A DNA stretch of 64,000 nucleotides, taken from assembly GCA_918797485.1 (NCBI GenBank), contig CAKKNE010000001.1, positions 3,906,001 to 3,970,000 on the forward strand, read 5' to 3'. Shown here one piece after another: positions 1 to 10,130 of the stretch (position 1 is its first letter; every line of letters begins with the position of its first letter). The position numbers and the translations under genes are program-made. The DNA is from Pelagomonas calceolata. Its lineage: Eukaryota. Under the pieces are notes generated by a model. That model made no database searches. It saw nothing but the letters and a program-made list of their open reading frames with translations, and was not told the DNA's origin.

Positions 1-882
1 CAACGTTATTTCGGGGGCCTCTCGTCGAAAACGCTCAAGGACTGCCTCAGTACGAAGTGCCCACCACCTACAGCAACGAAGGAGGACGGCATGCACGACG
101 ACGGGAGCTTCCAGGTGGCCGTGCACCAGCCCTCCGATCCGAACGACGCCTTGCTCAAGGACGCGCCGGCCTTGCCGCTCGTGCCGAAGCGCTTCGTTTC
201 CTCGCGACGGTGCGGCGAGATCTTAGCCAAAATAACGCAGGACAACGACGAGGAAGGTTCTGTGCCCTTCGGGTGCCGCGTGTCGCGAGATGGCGCGTTC
301 CGGACGCATCGCTCGGATGGCTTGGTTTTTGTGCCCGACACGCCCTATATCGCGGGCACGGATCACTCCCTGTTGAAGTGGAAGGCTCGGGACCAACTCA
401 CCGTCGATCTGACCGTCCGAGGTGCCGGGAAGGGCGAGGGCCTCGGTTTTTTCGCGGTGGACGACGATGGTGGGGATGTCGACTGTTCGAAGCACGTGCA
501 TCTGTCGGAGCAGGACGCGGCACGATTACGAGCTGATGTCGCTGATAGACCTAGTCGCGTCACTGTGGCCGAACTGGGCCTAGATAGTTCTTCCGGGTTG
601 TGGGTCTACCACGCCGTAAGGCCAGACAAGGAAGGAGGAAACCACTTCGACACCTTTCTCTCTACGCTACTGTTGCATGCGGAGTCGCCCTCCGAACCCG
701 AACTCAGATATCGCCTCTCGTCGCCGACGGACGACTGGGCGAAGAGGGAAGAAGGCGCGCTGCTCGCGGCGGCGTCGCCCTGGCGCGAGCAGTTCTCCAA
801 GTCGCAGAACCGGCCCTTCTGGTGGAACAGCGTCACGGACGAGAAGTCGTGGGCGCGGCCGGCGCCGTTCCTGTCGCTCTAA
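1..882 (+). CDS. mRNA capping enzyme (guanylyltransferase), 3' part, with C-terminal WW-like domain; 5' end outside window
   Basis: Frame open from base 1. Motifs SDGLVFxP..Y..G....LLKWK, then OB-fold (W....RPDK..GN), then WREQFSKSQNRPFWWNSVTDEKSWARP. Confidence 0.85.
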   Translation, partial: QRYFGGLSSKTLKDCLSTKCPPPTATKEDGMHDDGSFQVAVHQPSDPNDALLKDAPALPLVPKRFVSSRRCGEILAKITQDNDEEGSVPFGCRVSRDGAFRTHRSDGLVFVPDTPYIAGTDHSLLKWKARDQLTVDLTVRGAGKGEGLGFFAVDDDGGDVDCSKHVHLSEQDAARLRADVADRPSRVTVAELGLDSSSGLWVYHAVRPDKEGGNHFDTFLSTLLLHAESPSEPELRYRLSSPTDDWAKREEGALLAAASPWREQFSKSQNRPFWWNSVTDEKSWARPAPFLSL

Positions 883-893
883 CATTAAACTAG

Positions 894-1667
894 TTATGGC
901 CTCATCCCAAAACCGCCGGACGGCCGGTGGCAGACACAGTTCGTGCGCCAGAGCCCGAGCCGGTTGTGCGCGAAGTCCGTCAGGGCGCGGTGCGCGCCGC
1001 GCGTCGCTAGGTCCGCGAGAGTACTGTAGAAGACGTTCACCGAGACCGAGACGTCGAGCGACCGCACGGCGTGGAACCAATCCCGCGGGATGAAGAGGGC
1101 GTCTCCCGCCCGCAAGACGAAGCTCAGCGGCGGCGCGCAGCCCGCGTACGGCGGATGCTGCCGCGCCTTCTCCGCCTCGGACAGAAACGCGTCGATCTCG
1201 CAGCACTCCGTGCCGTTGTCATACCTTGGATTCGGGTCGAGGTGCCTCCTTGAATTCGGCGGGTAGAGCAGGACGTGCTTGGAACCGTGCGTCACTATTA
1301 ATACATTGTCCTCGTCGTCGCTGTGCAGTCCGGTGGTCGCGTCGGCGCCGCCGACCCATAAAAACGCCGTCTCCTGGACCCACGACGTGAGAAAAGGCGC
1401 GTGCGCCCGCAATGACCACCGGCAGCCCAGATCCTCGAGCGGGCACTGCTTCAGGTAGCCCGCGCGCGGGTCGCCGCGGAGCGTCGCACAGAAGTGGCCG
1501 AGCGTGACGTCCTCCTTGCTCGATTCCGCTGCGACCCTCTCCTCGCACCCGTGCGAGACGGCAACGCGCTTGTCCGGTTTTAAAGTTGCCACTTCTTCGG
1601 GTGTTTGTGGTAGCGCGGAGGCGTCGACGGCGACGAGGTGTGGGGTTGGTGTGGTTTTGCTTGCCAT
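894..1667 (-). CDS. JmjC/cupin-8 2-oxoglutarate Fe(II) dioxygenase
   Basis: FLWVG...TGLHSD..DN, GSKHVLLYPP and L.AGDALFIP..WFHAV, giving the HxD...H triad. Confidence 0.9.
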   Translation of the reverse strand: MASKTTPTPHLVAVDASALPQTPEEVATLKPDKRVAVSHGCEERVAAESSKEDVTLGHFCATLRGDPRAGYLKQCPLEDLGCRWSLRAHAPFLTSWVQETAFLWVGGADATTGLHSDDEDNVLIVTHGSKHVLLYPPNSRRHLDPNPRYDNGTECCEIDAFLSEAEKARQHPPYAGCAPPLSFVLRAGDALFIPRDWFHAVRSLDVSVSVNVFYSTLADLATRGAHRALTDFAHNRLGLWRTNCVCHRPSGGFGMRP

Positions 1668-1799
1668 GTCTGCAGCCCAGTGCAGTGAGGCGTGGGCGTG
1701 GGCTAGCAGTGCTGCTCAGAGGTCGTCTTCCACAAATATTGAGGAGCTGTGCGAGCGCGCGCACTGCTGATCCAGCACGAGGACGAGCTGGCTGATTTG

Positions 1800-1821
1800 C
1801 TAGTGTCTTACTGCACGCTAG
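1800..1821. promoter_or_regulatory. CTAG-bounded promoter motif (CTAGTGTCTTACTGCACGCTAG)
   Basis: Midway between divergent ATGs at 1667 and 1961; recurs throughout the window. Confidence 0.7.
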
Positions 1822-1960
1822 GTAGTGTTTTGGCTCGTTTTGGCTCCTTTGCCTCTGTGCAAACGCAACGCAAGAGCGCCGTAGATATCAAGACTTCACC
1901 CACGCAGTGCGAAATACGCAAAAAAAGGCAGCTCTGCGACGAAATCAGCCTCAGGCCCAC

Positions 1961-2866
1961 ATGCTCTCCATCGCACAACTCAAAATCATCAGCGGCTGCG
2001 CGAACATCACGCCGGGGGCAGCCCGGGCCAGCAGCAGCCCCGGAGTGCCGAGCCCCGTAGTATCGCAGGAGAGGTCTCTCCCGACGGAGCTGTGGGTGCA
2101 TGCCCTGGAGTACGCATCGCTCGACGAAACCCTTGCAGCTTTTGATGTCTCCAAGGCCTTTCGGTCCGCGTCGCGTTTCGCGCTAAACAAGGGGCGCTGG
2201 GCGCCGGTCGTTAAGGTTGTGCTTGCAATAAAGAGCTTTCCTTGGCGCCAGTATGGCTTTGCCAAACAAAAACACGTGGACCAGGTGCAGGCAGAGTTCT
2301 ACGCCGCGTGGCACGTGAGGGAGCCGCGCCTCCTCGAGCAAATCATGAATGCGGTGCATACGTATGGAAGCGCGGACATGGAGTATGTTTTGGGTGAGCT
2401 CCTTCGCGCTGCCGAGCCGGCGATAAGCGATGACGCGCTCGGGCGAGTCGTCGCGACGCTGGAACACGTCGATGCGAGACATCCGGGGGATACAGCCCCT
2501 AGCTTCATTTTCGAAAAATGGCTCAAATTTCTGCCGGGGGTATCGCAGTTTCTTGCATCCAAAGATGATTGGGTTCCTCGCCTATTCGATGCCGCTGAAA
2601 GGTGCATCGACGGGTATCATGCGGGCAATGTACTATGCGGTGTGCTTGTTAATATTCTGGGCTATGACGATGCCGCCGAGTTCGAGACGGAGACCGCCGC
2701 GCGAAGGATGACGGCGGGCTGGTCGGACGAGCACAAGCGCGACGAGCTGGTGGCCGTCTTTAGGAGAGTGCAGCGCGATAGATACTACGAAAGAGCAGAT
2801 GAGCTTAACGAAGAGCTGGCCGCGATAGAGAGGGAGGCGTGGATTTCAGACCCAACAGGTTGGTAA
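1961..2866 (+). CDS. F-box-like domain protein
   Basis: SLPTELWVHALEYASLDETLAAFDVSKAFR matches the F-box pattern; first ATG of the ORF at 1961. Confidence 0.65.
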   Translation: MLSIAQLKIISGCANITPGAARASSSPGVPSPVVSQERSLPTELWVHALEYASLDETLAAFDVSKAFRSASRFALNKGRWAPVVKVVLAIKSFPWRQYGFAKQKHVDQVQAEFYAAWHVREPRLLEQIMNAVHTYGSADMEYVLGELLRAAEPAISDDALGRVVATLEHVDARHPGDTAPSFIFEKWLKFLPGVSQFLASKDDWVPRLFDAAERCIDGYHAGNVLCGVLVNILGYDDAAEFETETAARRMTAGWSDEHKRDELVAVFRRVQRDRYYERADELNEELAAIEREAWISDPTGW

Positions 2867-2877
2867 GAGTACTAGCA

Positions 2878-3848
2878 TTAAACCTCCAACGCCACCGTCA
2901 GCTCCTGCCCAGTAGAAAGGCCAGGGGGGAACGCGATAGTCACCGTCGCGTGCCGCGCCGAGCCGTCGTCGGGAAGCGAGACGATGGCTCTAGAGCCGGC
3001 CACGGCCCCCGCGGGTACGGTGACGACGACGCCGCGGCGGCGGACAAACCACGGCGAGGACTCGGGCGCGCGACCGGCGAGCGCAGATACAGCCGGAGCC
3101 GCCGGCACCGCGACGACGATGCCGCTGCACAGCGAGTCGTCGAGCGCCGCCGCCGCCGCGACGGGAGCGTCGTCACCTGTAGCGGGCGCGACGCAGACGG
3201 TCGCGGCGCCACCGCTCCGCGTTGCGAGCGCCGCGAGGTCTTCGACGGTGACATCTAGCCTGTGTGGAAAAACGTCGTCGGAGACAACATCGCGTCGATA
3301 GCGTGGGGCGCCCGAAATTTTTATTTCCACACAGCATCTAGCGCCGGCCGCGTGGTTAAAAACGCGTTCAACCAGCCGTGGACCTGCACGATCGTGAGGC
3401 GCAGGAAGAGGCCGTGCTCGACGAGCTGTCCGTTCGCTCTGAGAACGATCGGCGAGAGCTCGCGTGTGATGTCGCGGTACGTCTTGCCGCGGCGCCGCCG
3501 GCGGAGCGGGCCGCCGCGGGGGAACGAACGCCGGGCGATGATGGCCTCCGCCTCGACAAGGAGCGGCTGCGTGACGACTCGAGCAAACTGCACGCGGTCC
3601 GAGAACGTGAGGCCGTCCGCGAGCGTCTTAGCTAATTCTACGAATGAACCGCCCGCGAGGTCGCCATTGCACTCCTTGTATCGCAATCGCAGCGCGACCG
3701 AGCGGCGGATCGGCCGCACCGGTTCTGGTGTCGCCTCGGAGCGGACTGGGACGGCCGCCGTCGGGGACTCGGGCAAGGCGTCGATGAGCGTCGCTTCGAC
3801 TGGACTCGGCGAGCGCGGCGGTGTGCTCGGCGGCGTTATGCTGCACAT
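2878..3848 (-). CDS. Hypothetical protein, 2 exons (3848-3343, 3259-2878), 295 aa
   Basis: Removing the 83-nt introner intron 3260-3342 joins ORFs 3321..3848 and 2878..3330 in frame (RPA|LDVTVEDL); 888 nt in total. Confidence 0.75.
3260..3334. mobile_element. Introner element (non-autonomous DNA transposon acting as a GC-AG intron)
   Basis: Perfect 11-bp TIR CTGTGTGGAAA (3260-3270) / TTTCCACACAG (3324-3334), flanked by the 8-bp direct repeat CATCTAGC (3252-3259 and 3335-3342). Confidence 0.9.
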
Positions 3849-4225
3849 GGGCGACCGAATCTCGGGTCGCGACGACGTCGCGAGTACTGCAGGTGCCTCG
3901 GGTCCAAAGCTGTCGCTCGCGCGCGCGTCCGACGGGTCAGAAGAAGTGCCGCAGACGCCCCCGCGCGCCGGAGGATGGCTGCCGGCTTAGCACTGGACTC
4001 GAGTCACACGATCCCTTCTTATTTTCGACGATGCAAGAGGGTTTGGACCGAGCACGCCACTTGTTCTGGACCACCGCGAACAGATAACACCTTTGAACAA
4101 GCTCTGCTCCGAGGAGCGCGCGCGCTCGCCCGATAAAATAATGAAAATAGAGACAAAAGCCAGACTGCAGAGCCAGGTGCACCAGCCGCAAGACGCCATC
4201 GACGCAAGAATACAAACAACAACAC

Positions 4226-5461
4226 TTAGTCCTCCAGCCCGAGCGGGTTCCCGAGCTCGAGCCCCGACGCGCCGTCGATGCCGTAGTCGGCGAGCCGCGG
4301 GCCTTCCTCCACGTACTGCGCCTCGCGCTCCAGCCGCTCCAGCGCGCTCTTCTCCTTCTTCGAGGTGCGCGGCGCCTCGGCGAACATCTTCTCGATCTTC
4401 CCGACGAGCCGGTCCTTGACGCGGCGGCGGTCGAGGGGCGCGCCGGCGGGCGCGAGGCGCCCGTACTCGCGCAGGACGGCCGCCGCCTGCTCCCTGCTTA
4501 AATCGCCGGTCCGGACCATGCCGTCGAGGGCGCTCGCGAGCGTGGCACGGAGTCCGCTCGTGTCCGCCGCGGCGGCCGGCCGGTCCCAGGTCGCGCCGGC
4601 CGGCGCCCGCCCGCGCGGCTTCGGGACGCCGCCCGCCGGCGGCCGCGCCTGCTTCTTCTGCTTCTTCGTCTTCGGCGCCGCCGGTGCCGGCACGTCGTCG
4701 TCGTCGCACTCCGCGAGCAGGGCCAGGAGTTTCTCTTTCGTGGCTTCCTCGGCCGCGATATCCACACCGGTGTCGCTGTCACTGTCGCTCTCGCTGGGCG
4801 ACGGCGGCGGCGCGTAGAAGGCGGCGCGCCGCGCTGCGACGAGGCGTTCCACGAGTTCGGCCTTCAGGCCCTCGGTGTCGGCGCCGGCGGCCTCGAGCGC
4901 GGCTCGCAACTCGGCGACTTTGAGCCTCTTGGCGTCGCGCGTCGCGGCGGCCTCGTCGAAGAGGCTGTCGCTGTCGCTGCCGGCCTCGCTCGCGGGCGGC
5001 GGCGCGCGCTGCTTCTTCGAGACGAAGACGTGGCCGCAGTCGCAGCGCGCCTTCCGCAGGGGCACTTTGGCGTCGCAGACGGGGCACGTCTTTTGCGGGC
5101 CGCCTCCTGGTTGCGCCGGCCGCTTCCGAGCCGGCCGCTGCGGCTTGCGGCCGCTCTCGGTCGTGACGACGGTGTAGTCGTCGCGCGGCGCGGCGGTCGT
5201 CCGCGGCGGCGCTCGTTGCGGCGGCGCTGTAGGTGGCGGTCCTAGCTGTGGTGGAGGCGCTCTCGGCGCGCGCGGCGCGGCGGTCGTCCGCGGTGGCGCT
5301 CGTCGCGGCGGCGCTGGGGGTGGCGGCCCTAGCTGTGGTGGAGGCGGCGGTGCAGGTTGCGGCGGCGGTGCCTGGACGGGCGTCACAGGCCGCGGCGGCC
5401 GTGGGTCGCCTTCGTCGTCTGATTCGTCTAACAGAGCGCGCAGCGCAGCTAGGTCCGCCAT
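4226..5461 (-). CDS. SAP-domain and zinc-ribbon protein with Pro-rich N-terminus
   Basis: KTCPVCDAKVPLRKARCDCGHVF zinc ribbon; LKVAELRAALEAAGADTEGLKAELVERL SAP motif; duplicated PPPQLGPPP..PP.RAPPRTTAAPR. Confidence 0.75.
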   Translation of the reverse strand: MADLAALRALLDESDDEGDPRPPRPVTPVQAPPPQPAPPPPPQLGPPPPAPPRRAPPRTTAAPRAPRAPPPQLGPPPTAPPQRAPPRTTAAPRDDYTVVTTESGRKPQRPARKRPAQPGGGPQKTCPVCDAKVPLRKARCDCGHVFVSKKQRAPPPASEAGSDSDSLFDEAAATRDAKRLKVAELRAALEAAGADTEGLKAELVERLVAARRAAFYAPPPSPSESDSDSDTGVDIAAEEATKEKLLALLAECDDDDVPAPAAPKTKKQKKQARPPAGGVPKPRGRAPAGATWDRPAAAADTSGLRATLASALDGMVRTGDLSREQAAAVLREYGRLAPAGAPLDRRRVKDRLVGKIEKMFAEAPRTSKKEKSALERLEREAQYVEEGPRLADYGIDGASGLELGNPLGLED

Positions 5462-5610
5462 GGCTGCACAGCAAAGTGCGCAGCCTCAGGGGGTGCTTGA
5501 AACCGGACGCAGCTTCCCAGGCGCGCTGTTCTTGGGCAAATTGTTATAAATAAGAGCTTGCGCGCGTAGAGTCGCCGCACGCGCCGCTTTTGCAGCTGCT
5601 TGCTGGATGC

Positions 5611-5631
5611 CTAGTGTCTTACGACCGCTAG
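5611..5631. promoter_or_regulatory. CTAG-bounded promoter motif (CTAGTGTCTTACGACCGCTAG)
   Basis: Divergent intergenic region. Confidence 0.7.
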
Positions 5632-5918
5632 CTCACGTCCCGCGGGCGTTTTTGTCAGTGTCGCGTTACTTGCGACCTCTGTGGCCGCGTTCCGTTGTCC
5701 GCGCGAAACATGGCCCTAAGAGTCGAAAGGTCAGTGGGTGAGGGCCTGAGGCGTCTCTATCGCCTCCCGAAGCTCACCACGGCTCCATCCAAGGCGAGGC
5801 GCAGTGCAGATTACTTTTCCGATCGATCGGCGTCGCAATTTGATCGATAAAGATATACGCGGGACGGCGACGCGGCGACGCCGCCGACGCGGCGACGCCG
5901 GCGACGGTATCAACACAG

Positions 5919-6459
5919 GCGACCGGCGTCAGCGCCAAGGAGCAAGCTTCCAAAGACGGGATCACGATGCTGCGCGTCGCTCGGTTGATGCGCCAGACCG
6001 CGGCCATCCTCACACTAAGTGGCGTGCTCACGCTCGTCCAGGCCACGTACCTCGCGCTCACACAAGACTGGTCGAAGATCTTCGACGCCCTCGGCATGAT
6101 CGACGACTTCACGATCAGCTACTGGCTCCTCGTGGGGGCGGCCGCGTGCGAAACCGTGCGAAAACCAATTTTTACGGTCGAAGCCGGGTCCCGACTAGTT
6201 CAATTGATACAGGTTCGAGGCCATCACGAATACCAAGAATCAGGACGACATCGACTACACGGAAACTATATTAAAACCGATGGAGTCGCTCTGGGCGAGC
6301 GTCCGCCTGCCTTTGTTGATTCCCGTGCTCATGCTGGCCTACGAGTGCCGGACGGCCGTCGTCGCGGCGATTGGCGCGGTCCAGAGCCTCTTCGCCTCAC
6401 CGGAGGCAGTCGTCGCCGAGCCGGCCAAGAGGGGACTCTTCGCCCTGTTCGGCCGCTGA
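5919..6459 (+). CDS. Hypothetical membrane protein; intron 6146-6212; first exon and start uncertain (ATG 5710 or 5967)
   Basis: A GT-AG phase-2 intron joins hydrophobic segments (YWLLVGAAA|FEAITNTK...LFALFGR*); acceptor CAACACAG ends at 5918. Confidence 0.55.
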
Positions 6460-6509
6460 GAACCCCCACGCCGTCGACGCGACTAATCTGCGAAATAGAC
6501 ACAAAGTAC

Positions 6510-8084
6510 TTACCGCGACCGCTTCCGCCCGTCGCGCTCCGCCTCGCGCTGGCGCCTGGCTCGAAAGACGAAGCGCACCGGCGTCCCCGTGAAGGGCATC
6601 GACTCGCGCAGCTTCCTCTCTAAGAATCGTCGGTAGTTCTTCGGGAACGCTTTAGGGTCGTTGCACATACAGACGAAGGTCGGCGGCGCGATGCCCGTCT
6701 GCGACACGAAGTAGACCTTGCCCGCGTTCTTCCCGGCGGCGGTGGCCGGCGGCGGCTGCCAGAGCATCGCATCTCTGATAACTTCGTTCAGCGTCGCGGT
6801 CGACACGCGGTGGTGGTGGCTTTCCCGCGCTCGTTTCACGGCGTCATACACCTTCAAACAGCGCTGCCCCGTCTCGGCCGAACAAAAGACCACTTCGGCC
6901 CACGACACCGCCGTTAATGTTTCTCTCAATACCTTCAAAACCTCCCTCGTACTCCCTTCGTCCTTCCCTTCGTAGATGTCCCACTTGTTCGCTAATACCA
7001 CGCAAGCTCGTCCATCATCCGCGATGCGCTGCGCGAGCATCGCGTCTTGATCCGTGATCTCTGCCGTGGCGTCGACGACCAGCAGCACGACGTCGGCCAA
7101 TTTAGCAGCTTTGAGCGCCCGTCCCACCATCTGCGTCTCCGTGCCGTCCTTGACTCTAGCCTTTCGCCTGACACCGGCCGTGTCCACGAAGCGGAAGATG
7201 GCGCCGTCGACATCTAGTTCCGCGTCGACGGCGTCCCTGGTAGTACCCGCGACATCAGACACAATGGAACGCTGTTCCCCCGGACCCAAGAACCTATTCA
7301 TCAGTGAGGATTTCCCAACATTCGGTCGTCCCAGCAAAGCCACGTTGATGCGCGGGATCGCCTCTTGGGCGTCGAGCTGCTCGATCTGCTGTCTTCGGAG
7401 TTCGATGGCGTTATCTACTGCCGGGAGGACGGCGTCCAGGACCTCGGCGACGCCATACCCGTGGATCGCCGAGCAGGGGAGCGGCTCGCCGAGGCCGAGC
7501 GGCCAGAAGTCGGCGACCATCTCCGGCTCGCGTTCGGGAGACTCGCACTTGTTCACGGCCAATACGGTCTCGATCTGGGACGGCCACTTCCTCAGGAAGG
7601 CCGCAATGTCCTCGTCCGTCCGGACGATGCCGGTTCTTCCATCCACAACAACGACGACGGCGCACGACTCCCGAAGAGCGAGCGACGCCTGCTCCCGAAT
7701 TTCAGCAAGGAATTGATCTGATTCTTCATCATCAAACAGCAGACCCCCCGTGTCGACCACATCAAAAACGCGCCCGCACCACTCCGCTCTTTGATAAACT
7801 CGGTCTCTCGTGACGCCCACTTCGTCGACGGCGATGGCGCCGCCGCGGCCCGCGTCGCAGAGGCGATTCACTAGAGTGCTTTTCCCCACATTCGGTCTTC
7901 CGATAATGGCGACCGTCGGCCTCGCTTGTCTCGCGACTCTCTTCAACATCTTCGGGGCGTTTGATTGTACGCTGTCGGTGTCTTGCGAGGCTAATACACG
8001 TGGGATTACCCTCGACGGGCCGCGCCTGTTGATGGGTGCATAGGCGATGGCTGCTGGCAGCAGCCAGAGAGCTGCGTAACGCAT
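6510..8084 (-). CDS. der: Ribosome biogenesis GTPase Der/EngA, plastid-targeted
   Basis: Two G-domains (GRPNVGKS x2, DTGG/DTAG, NKCE/NKWD), KH-like C-terminus, and a signal peptide plus transit peptide. Confidence 0.95.
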   Translation of the reverse strand: MRYAALWLLPAAIAYAPINRRGPSRVIPRVLASQDTDSVQSNAPKMLKRVARQARPTVAIIGRPNVGKSTLVNRLCDAGRGGAIAVDEVGVTRDRVYQRAEWCGRVFDVVDTGGLLFDDEESDQFLAEIREQASLALRESCAVVVVVDGRTGIVRTDEDIAAFLRKWPSQIETVLAVNKCESPEREPEMVADFWPLGLGEPLPCSAIHGYGVAEVLDAVLPAVDNAIELRRQQIEQLDAQEAIPRINVALLGRPNVGKSSLMNRFLGPGEQRSIVSDVAGTTRDAVDAELDVDGAIFRFVDTAGVRRKARVKDGTETQMVGRALKAAKLADVVLLVVDATAEITDQDAMLAQRIADDGRACVVLANKWDIYEGKDEGSTREVLKVLRETLTAVSWAEVVFCSAETGQRCLKVYDAVKRARESHHHRVSTATLNEVIRDAMLWQPPPATAAGKNAGKVYFVSQTGIAPPTFVCMCNDPKAFPKNYRRFLERKLRESMPFTGTPVRFVFRARRQREAERDGRKRSR

Positions 8085-8292
8085 CGCGTTACTTCTGCAG
8101 CCGTTCGCGCGTGAGTCGGTGCGTCTATAAGCAGCGATACTCTTATCTTTTAGCTATGTCCCGCGTGCTCCGAGCAGCAACTACAGCGGCCAGAGTCTGC
8201 CGCCAAGCTGAAGCAGTCACAGTCCCAAACGCAGGGGAGACTCTTCTCGAGCGCCACACCAGTGCTCTGGATCACAACATACAGCTCTGGGG

Positions 8293-8313
8293 CTAGCGTA
8301 GTAAGGACACTAG
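8293..8313. promoter_or_regulatory. CTAG-bounded promoter motif (CTAGCGTAGTAAGGACACTAG)
   Basis: Midway between divergent ATGs 8084 and 8534. Confidence 0.65.
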
Positions 8314-8533
8314 CCAGCCAAAAGCCTAAAAGGGCCTCCTGGCTTTGGGCTGGAGCGGCGGGTTAGGCGCTTCACGAGGTCCTCAAACCTGTTCCGTTCG
8401 CTGCGAACGGCAGCTAGTGATCCTCTCTGGCAAGCGCGGACTCGGCACGCGCCGAGCGCAGCAGACCCCAAATTTGACTCCTGCGCGCAAAACGGGGGCA
8501 CGCGCGGGACCAGCCGCAGAAACGCGGGACGCG

Positions 8534-10057
8534 ATGATCGACATCGACAACACCATGACGCGCGACGAGGCGGCCAAGCCGTCGCGGCGCCACCGACCGC
8601 GCGGCGGGCGCCGCAACCGGAAGGGCTCGAGGGACGACGCCGAGCCCTCCAAAAAATTATTTGATCCGGACTCGGGCGAGCTGTTCGACCCCGAGGAGGA
8701 GGCGCGCAAGGCTGAAGAAGAGCGGCAGCGGCAGCGTGAAGAACGGGAGCGCCAAGCAGCAGTAGAGAAGGAGGCCGCGGCCGGCCGCAACACAAATGCA
8801 GAGGAGTGGCGGCCGTCTGAGGTCAAAAGGGCGCCGGGAGGTTTAAGGGAGGAAGACTTCCCCGCGCTGCCCGGCGGGCCCGCGCCAAAACCAGCTATTG
8901 CGATAAGACCGCCGCCGGCGCCGCACCGAGCGCCCGAAATAACAGGACCACGGTTTAGAGGCAAAGTAGTAGGCAACTGGACCAATTCTGGCCCGAAGGG
9001 CCAGGCCTGGATCCGGCCCGACGGCGTCGCCGAGAGCCAGCGGAAGGACGTTTTGTTATATCGCCAGCACGTCGCCAGCGGTCTGCAGCTCAAGGCTGGC
9101 GACCGCGTCGAGTACGGCCACGCCGCGCAGAAGACGACCCAGGGCCGCACGGTCGCTCGCAACGTCACGAAGGTTGATGCCGGTGCGTTGCGGCGCGCTC
9201 CCGTGCGGAATGCTGGCGCCAAGGTCGAGGACGCCGGCGTTCCGCTGGCCCAGCGCGTCACTCAGCCGCGCGACGACGGCTTGCAGCGGGCGCTGGCAGC
9301 TTCTAGAGCGGACTTTGACGCGGAGGAGCAGAAACGACTGGCGGAGCGCGAGGATGAAGAATTAGCGAAAGCATTGATGCTGTCGGCGGCGGCGGCGTCG
9401 GAGGACGACCGAAGGAGGCGCGAGCAGGAGGCGGCCGAGGCTTCTAGGCGCATGGCCGAGATGGCCGCGGCCAAGCAGGAGGCCAAGGAGGCGGAGGACG
9501 CCGAGGCCGATCGTAGGGTCGCGGAGGTCGTCGTCGCGGGCACCGAGACCCAGCCCGAGACTCAGGTGCCGCCTGACAATTTAGCAGAAGCCGAGCGGCG
9601 CGCGGCGGCAGCAAGGGCGCAATTAGCTCAGATAGAACAGGCCCGCCGCGCGGCCGCGGAGGAGCTCCGCGCGTCGCAGAACATCGTCGAAGACGCGAGG
9701 CGCCGCGCCGCGCGCGACCAGCAAAGGACGGCGTTCCAGCCGCAGTCGCCGCCGCGGTCGTTGGCCGCTTTAGAACAGGAGTGGCGACAGAAGACGCCGG
9801 GCACACCTGGCACGGTGCGCAAGACTATTCAATTAGGAACAAGACCGGCCTTCGACAGCAAGCAGCGCGACTTTGTGGCCTTCCTCGCGTCGATCAACCT
9901 GGCGCACTATGCACAGAAGCTGCGCGAGGAGCAGATCGATTGTATTGCGGACCTGAAGATTCTCAACAACGAAGATCTGGAGGCGTGCGGCATCCCGCCG
10001 CGCGACGCGGCGACGATGATGGCCGGGCTCGCTGATTTGCACCCCGGCGTCGCGTGA
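8534..10057 (+). CDS. Protein with cold-shock/OB-like domain, UIM-like motifs and C-terminal SAM domain
   Basis: RFRGKVVGNW...QAWIRPD...DVLLY...LKAGDRVEY...ARNV (CSD-like); EDEELAKALMLS (UIM); FLASINLAHYAQKLREEQID..DLKIL...DLEACGI (SAM). Confidence 0.7.
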   Translation: MIDIDNTMTRDEAAKPSRRHRPRGGRRNRKGSRDDAEPSKKLFDPDSGELFDPEEEARKAEEERQRQREERERQAAVEKEAAAGRNTNAEEWRPSEVKRAPGGLREEDFPALPGGPAPKPAIAIRPPPAPHRAPEITGPRFRGKVVGNWTNSGPKGQAWIRPDGVAESQRKDVLLYRQHVASGLQLKAGDRVEYGHAAQKTTQGRTVARNVTKVDAGALRRAPVRNAGAKVEDAGVPLAQRVTQPRDDGLQRALAASRADFDAEEQKRLAEREDEELAKALMLSAAAASEDDRRRREQEAAEASRRMAEMAAAKQEAKEAEDAEADRRVAEVVVAGTETQPETQVPPDNLAEAERRAAAARAQLAQIEQARRAAAEELRASQNIVEDARRRAARDQQRTAFQPQSPPRSLAALEQEWRQKTPGTPGTVRKTIQLGTRPAFDSKQRDFVAFLASINLAHYAQKLREEQIDCIADLKILNNEDLEACGIPPRDAATMMAGLADLHPGVA

Positions 10058-10130
10058 TCGGCTCCAGGTCGGAAGGCTCGAGGCGCCGTCGACGCGACCC
10101 ACCCCCCTAAGAAAAGTATGTGTTATGAAT

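Noticed and set aside
2863..2875. GTAAGAGTACTAG resembling the promoter motif between convergent genes
   Set aside because: Lacks the CTAGCG half, differs in the core and overlaps a stop codon; likely chance.
5180..5350. Internal duplication of about 70 bp
   Set aside because: Coding Pro-rich repeat within the SAP gene; not a mobile element.
5672..5918. Possible 5'UTR introner (GCGACC repeat with CTGTG/CACAG ends)
   Set aside because: Only a 6-bp direct and 5-bp inverted match; not distinguishable from chance.
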